Source: Tricharina praecox (taxonomy: Eukaryota). Taken from it: a DNA stretch of 64,000 nt. Below the pieces are notes generated by a model. It was not told the origin of the DNA. It saw only the letters and a program-made list of their open reading frames with translations, and ran no database searches. Shown here piece by piece: positions 60,224 to 64,000 of this stretch; position 1 is the stretch's first letter, and each line of letters opens with the position of its first letter. The stretch spans positions 1-64,000 of the forward strand of contig NW_026250413.1 of the NCBI RefSeq assembly GCF_024521635.1, written 5' to 3'. The position numbers and the translations under genes are program-made.

Positions 60224-61693
60224 GTTTGTTGGAACTTGGTGTTTAAGGTGCTGAGATGATTGCTGTAAGGGATCGATGGTTGGTTGGCTTCGTCCGTTTG
60301 TGCGTTTGTGCATATCGTCCTGAGCGTGTGTAGATAGTAGATATGCGGTGAGATATAAGGTAGGATGGCAGGACGGAGGTGGGAGGGTTATTTATGAGGC
60401 ACGCTGGGGGGAGGGGTGGGGCGAGGAGGATTCAAGGAGTATCAGTGAAGCTGAACAGTTGAATGCCTGATACGTCGGTGGGTCCAATTGAAGATCAACA
60501 GTCACCCGCTTGAAGTTCCAGCCGGATCGCAGAAGCAGCCGTGCATCATCGCTCACTCGGGTCACAAATCGATCTGGTTGTGCCGATGCAGCTACTACCC
60601 ATTGCATAGATAGGTCGCACTCAATCAATGAATGAAGAAAAGAAAATACTACCCACTGCATATGATGGGCTGGAACAGCAACGTGAGACTAATCCGTCCA
60701 GGCCGAAAATCAGGGAAGCCGTGTGTGTAGAAGGGACTGTAGAGAAATTTTATTGCACTACCCCGTTTAAACATCCTGAAGCCTATGTAGATACATTGTG
60801 AATATCGGCTGATGGGTGCACGTACATAAGGCCCGGCGCTCAGCTGCATACTAACATGACCAATCCAATATAATCCGCCTAACGGGCAAGGCTCCGTGCT
60901 ACAGACTCTGTCGTCCGACCTGCCTCCTCGATGATGCTCGGCTGTATCCGCTTTCTCGCCCTGAAGGGTGGCTCTCACGCTCTCCCGAGTCCCAGTCGAT
61001 TGCCGAGATACCTAAGTATCACTCGCCGCGTGATATCGCGTGGCCAGCCCGGGCCCTGTTCGTGTTCGGAGTCCGGATTGGGTTAATAAACTGCAGATAT
61101 ATATATCTCTCGCTTTTGTTCGGATTGGATTGGGTGCTGAGACCAACCGTTCCCAACCACGAAACCAAGAACTCTCCGTCTTGATCCGGTGTCCCCCCCG
61201 CCTCGTGGCCCATCCAGTCTCGAGTTTCCACAATTCTCGGAGCTTCAGTAACTCCAACACGTTACGCCTCCCTCATCGCCACACACGTGACACACCTTTC
61301 GTTTTCCACATCAGCCTTGGTAGACCTATTAGGCTATGCGAAGTGGGGATGTATGTAGCGAGAGATGTGTTTAGCAACGGGGGTGTAGTGTAGAATCATG
61401 GCATCAGTTGGATGATTATTCGCTAAGTGATGTTGCTGGGGTGGTGATGAATCATGATGTTCTTGGTGGGTGCTCGTGGGCTAGGGTTCCTTTTTACTTT
61501 TGTTTAATCATTGATTGCATGCGACCTATCTAGATCATGGGAAATATCCCCTCGTCCTTACCTCAACAGGTGGAGAGAGAGAGAGAGCTTCAGTTTATTT
61601 CGCATGCAGCCTAACATCTCCACGGGTGGCAGCGCAAATCGCGTCACGTGATAGCCAGTACCGAGTGATATCCTGTGCTCCACCCGTGATGCT

Positions 61694-61853
61694 AAAACAA
61701 AAACAAAAACCATCACCACCCCCGGCGGGTGGTTTGGAAACCCCAAGAGCTGAATACATAAGGCATTCACCCGGTTTTGAACCGGGGACTTTTCCTCGGC
61801 TCCCCTCGTCGATTGCGTGGCCCTAGACTACTGGACCACGCGGGGTTTTTTCC
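61694..61853 (-). ncRNA. Putative Pol III structured RNA, copy C (type I)
   Basis: Minus strand: GGAAAAAACCCCGCGTGGTCCAGTAG; perfect tRNA-like T-arm CCCGG-TTCAAAA-CCGGG; GGGGTTTCC; 3' hairpin; TTTTTGTTTTT. Upstream box is degenerate (TTCATAA). Confidence 0.58.
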
Positions 61854-63285
61854 GTAGCAGAGACAGGAATTTGAAAATTATGAAGTGGTGGATGCCCCGC
61901 GACAGAAAGAATAACAACGACGATGAAGGAACACCCGCCAGGCTGGAGAATATTGTGTTTCCCCGCTACCCCCCGGGCCCCACAACTGAGCGTCTAGATG
62001 ATCCTTCCATCTCACGCTGCGATACCTATATGATATGATAAGGTCAAATGCTATGATGATTAAACAAAACAAAAAGCTGCGATATATGTCACCTGCTTCG
62101 ACGCTCCGAGACACTGGCCTCTGAAAAGGGGATGTGCTCTCGAAGAAGCGGAGTACGTACTTTCGATACCTAGGCCGACCCGAGAATACCTAACACACTG
62201 CAGGAATTGCACCGGACACTGTACTTTGTTCTTCACCCGCCCTCTTCCTCTGCGCGGTGTGTTCATCACTTCTCGGTGCCAAGGGCCCAGGCGGAGGGCG
62301 CCGCGGGAGACGTACGGGCTTAAGTCCACACCGAGCCTGCTGCCTGGAGTCTGGACTGTAGACAGTAGCTTCGGAGAAAGGTCGCGCAGCCGAGCCAGGG
62401 TGGAGAGTCAAAAGCCTCGGTATTTAGAGAGAGAGAGAGAGAGAGATCTTCCTGTTTTATTTTGCATGCAGCCTATCTAGACTATGGCGAACCGACGAAC
62501 TTCTTTCCCTACCCTCCGCCCCCGGCCTGTCCCAGAAATGTAGATATACTGTAAAGACTGAAATGGGCCTGCATGTCCACCTCTTCCCCACCTCTCCTCT
62601 CTCCCCTACGGGCTGACTCGCCCACTCTTCCCACCTGCCTTCCGTCCCTTCTATTGAAGGTTTTCCGAATCCTTTATATGAGTCTGGCGTGCCTTTTGCG
62701 GCCTGGAGTCCCTGTTCCCGCCAATGAAGACGGTTAGCCAGACCCCGCCCCTGCCGCTAACTTTATCAGCCCTCGCTGGGACGCTTCCCTCTCTTCCAAG
62801 TCCCGTCCCTCTTTTCTCCGCTTTCCTTTTCCGCTTCCTCTCAAACAAATGGCCACACGTTTCTGTGATTGGGGAGAAGATCTCTTGGCGCGAGTGATCC
62901 AGAGTGAGGCGTCGGTAGGTACCACCGTCGGTCCGCAGGGAGCAGACAATGATGGCGATTTGCAGCAGCCTCGGTTTCAGGCCTCTGGAGTTTTTTTTAG
63001 AAACAACTCGAAAAATAAAAGACAGATTCACCTGATGCCTGCACAGGCACATCCTCGGAATGAGTGATTTTCGGGCGACCCGCGGCTCGTATCCCATCTG
63101 CCCGCTTCGGTCACGGGTAGCCACTCTCGGCAAGCCGCAGTTACGCCCATACGCACACGCACCAACCCGAGTGGGCAGAAACAACATAATATGTACTAAG
63201 AAAACCAAGAAAGGTCAGATCCAGTTAAAAGACCTCCGTCTCCGCCCCCACCGTCCCCTCCAGCTATCCATCCACCGTACGTGCA

Positions 63286-64000
63286 ATGTTTGACTGGAAG
63301 ATCATCATCACTGCTGTTGTGCTCTACAACGTCCTCGTCGCCATCCGTCGGATATGGTTCCACCCGCTCGCTCGAGTTCCCGGGCCAAAGATTGCCGCCG
63401 CGACGTATCTCTACCATGCGTACTGGAAGGTCTGGCGAGATGGAAGGTTCCTGTCGCAGCTCCCTGAGATGCACAAGAAATAAGGTATGCCGCCGTGTTC
63501 TGTTTGTTACCGATGTGGACGGCTAAGTCACGTGGTTTGAAGGTCCGGTGATGAGGATAAGTCCCACCGAGGTGCAGATCAACGAGCCGGAACTGTACCA
63601 TATGTATGTGTTGCGTGAACCCTCTTCCGCAATGGTGGGCGGGGCTGACCGCCGACAATGCACAGCGTCAACCGTCTTCGTTCGCCCTACAGGAAAGATC
63701 CGGTAGTGTATTCGTGTCTCGGGCTCCCGCACGCTACCGCCTTCGTCATCGACCATGAACGTCAGAAGCGTGGCCGGGAGATGTTGCACCCGATGTTTCC
63801 GAAGCGGGCAATCAACGATGCGACGGGTCTCATAAATTCCATGGTGGAGAAGCTCTGTGTGCTGATGGAGAGGTTCGCGGACGAAAAGAAACCCGTGCCG
63901 ATTGCAAATGCATTCTGCTGCGTGGTGAACATCATCTCGGCGTACTCGTTCGGCAAGCCTTGGGGAATGCTGGATGAGCCGGGCTTCGACAGTCCCTGGG
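63286..64000 (+). pseudogene. Cytochrome P450 (CYP58/trichodiene-oxygenase-like N-terminus), 5' part, with premature stop
   Basis: TM anchor, HPLARVPGPKIAAAT, then MHKK*|GPVMRISPTEV. TAA at 63481 replaces the Tyr of the canonical KKYGP motif. Downstream exons remain open to the window end. Confidence 0.75.

Noticed and set aside
61694-61853. Genuine tRNA gene (A box, T-arm)
   Set aside because: No anticodon arm or correctly placed acceptor stem. The A-box region forms a long hairpin and the closing stem lies far downstream.

Overview
Intron-containing genomic DNA from a filamentous ascomycete, inferred from short GT-AG introns with CTRAC branch points and from gene content. Recognisable genes in order: 5' end of a neutral ceramidase, GH47 alpha-1,2-mannosidase, a small secreted Cys-rich protein, an orphan 559-aa protein, an AA9 LPMO, a Zn2Cys6 transcription factor, a DUF202 membrane protein, an AA16 LPMO, a CFEM/GPI protein, a LaeA-like methyltransferase, an ABM-type protein, a Mutator/SWIM transposase, two inverted copies of a 75-aa RING-H2 gene, a Crinkler-like pseudogene and the 5' part of a P450 with a premature stop. 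The most striking signal is non-coding: six dispersed copies of a ~110-160 nt element. It has a TATA-like box about 30 nt upstream, a tRNA-type A box, B-box-like motifs, a U-tract end and a conserved multi-stem fold supported by compensatory base changes, so it is a candidate undescribed Pol III structured RNA family. Two copies sit convergently next to the duplicated RING micro-gene. A second notable feature is that the AA9 and AA16 LPMOs, 14 kb apart, end in the same 4-Cys C-terminal module. All calls were made by eye; no database searches were run.
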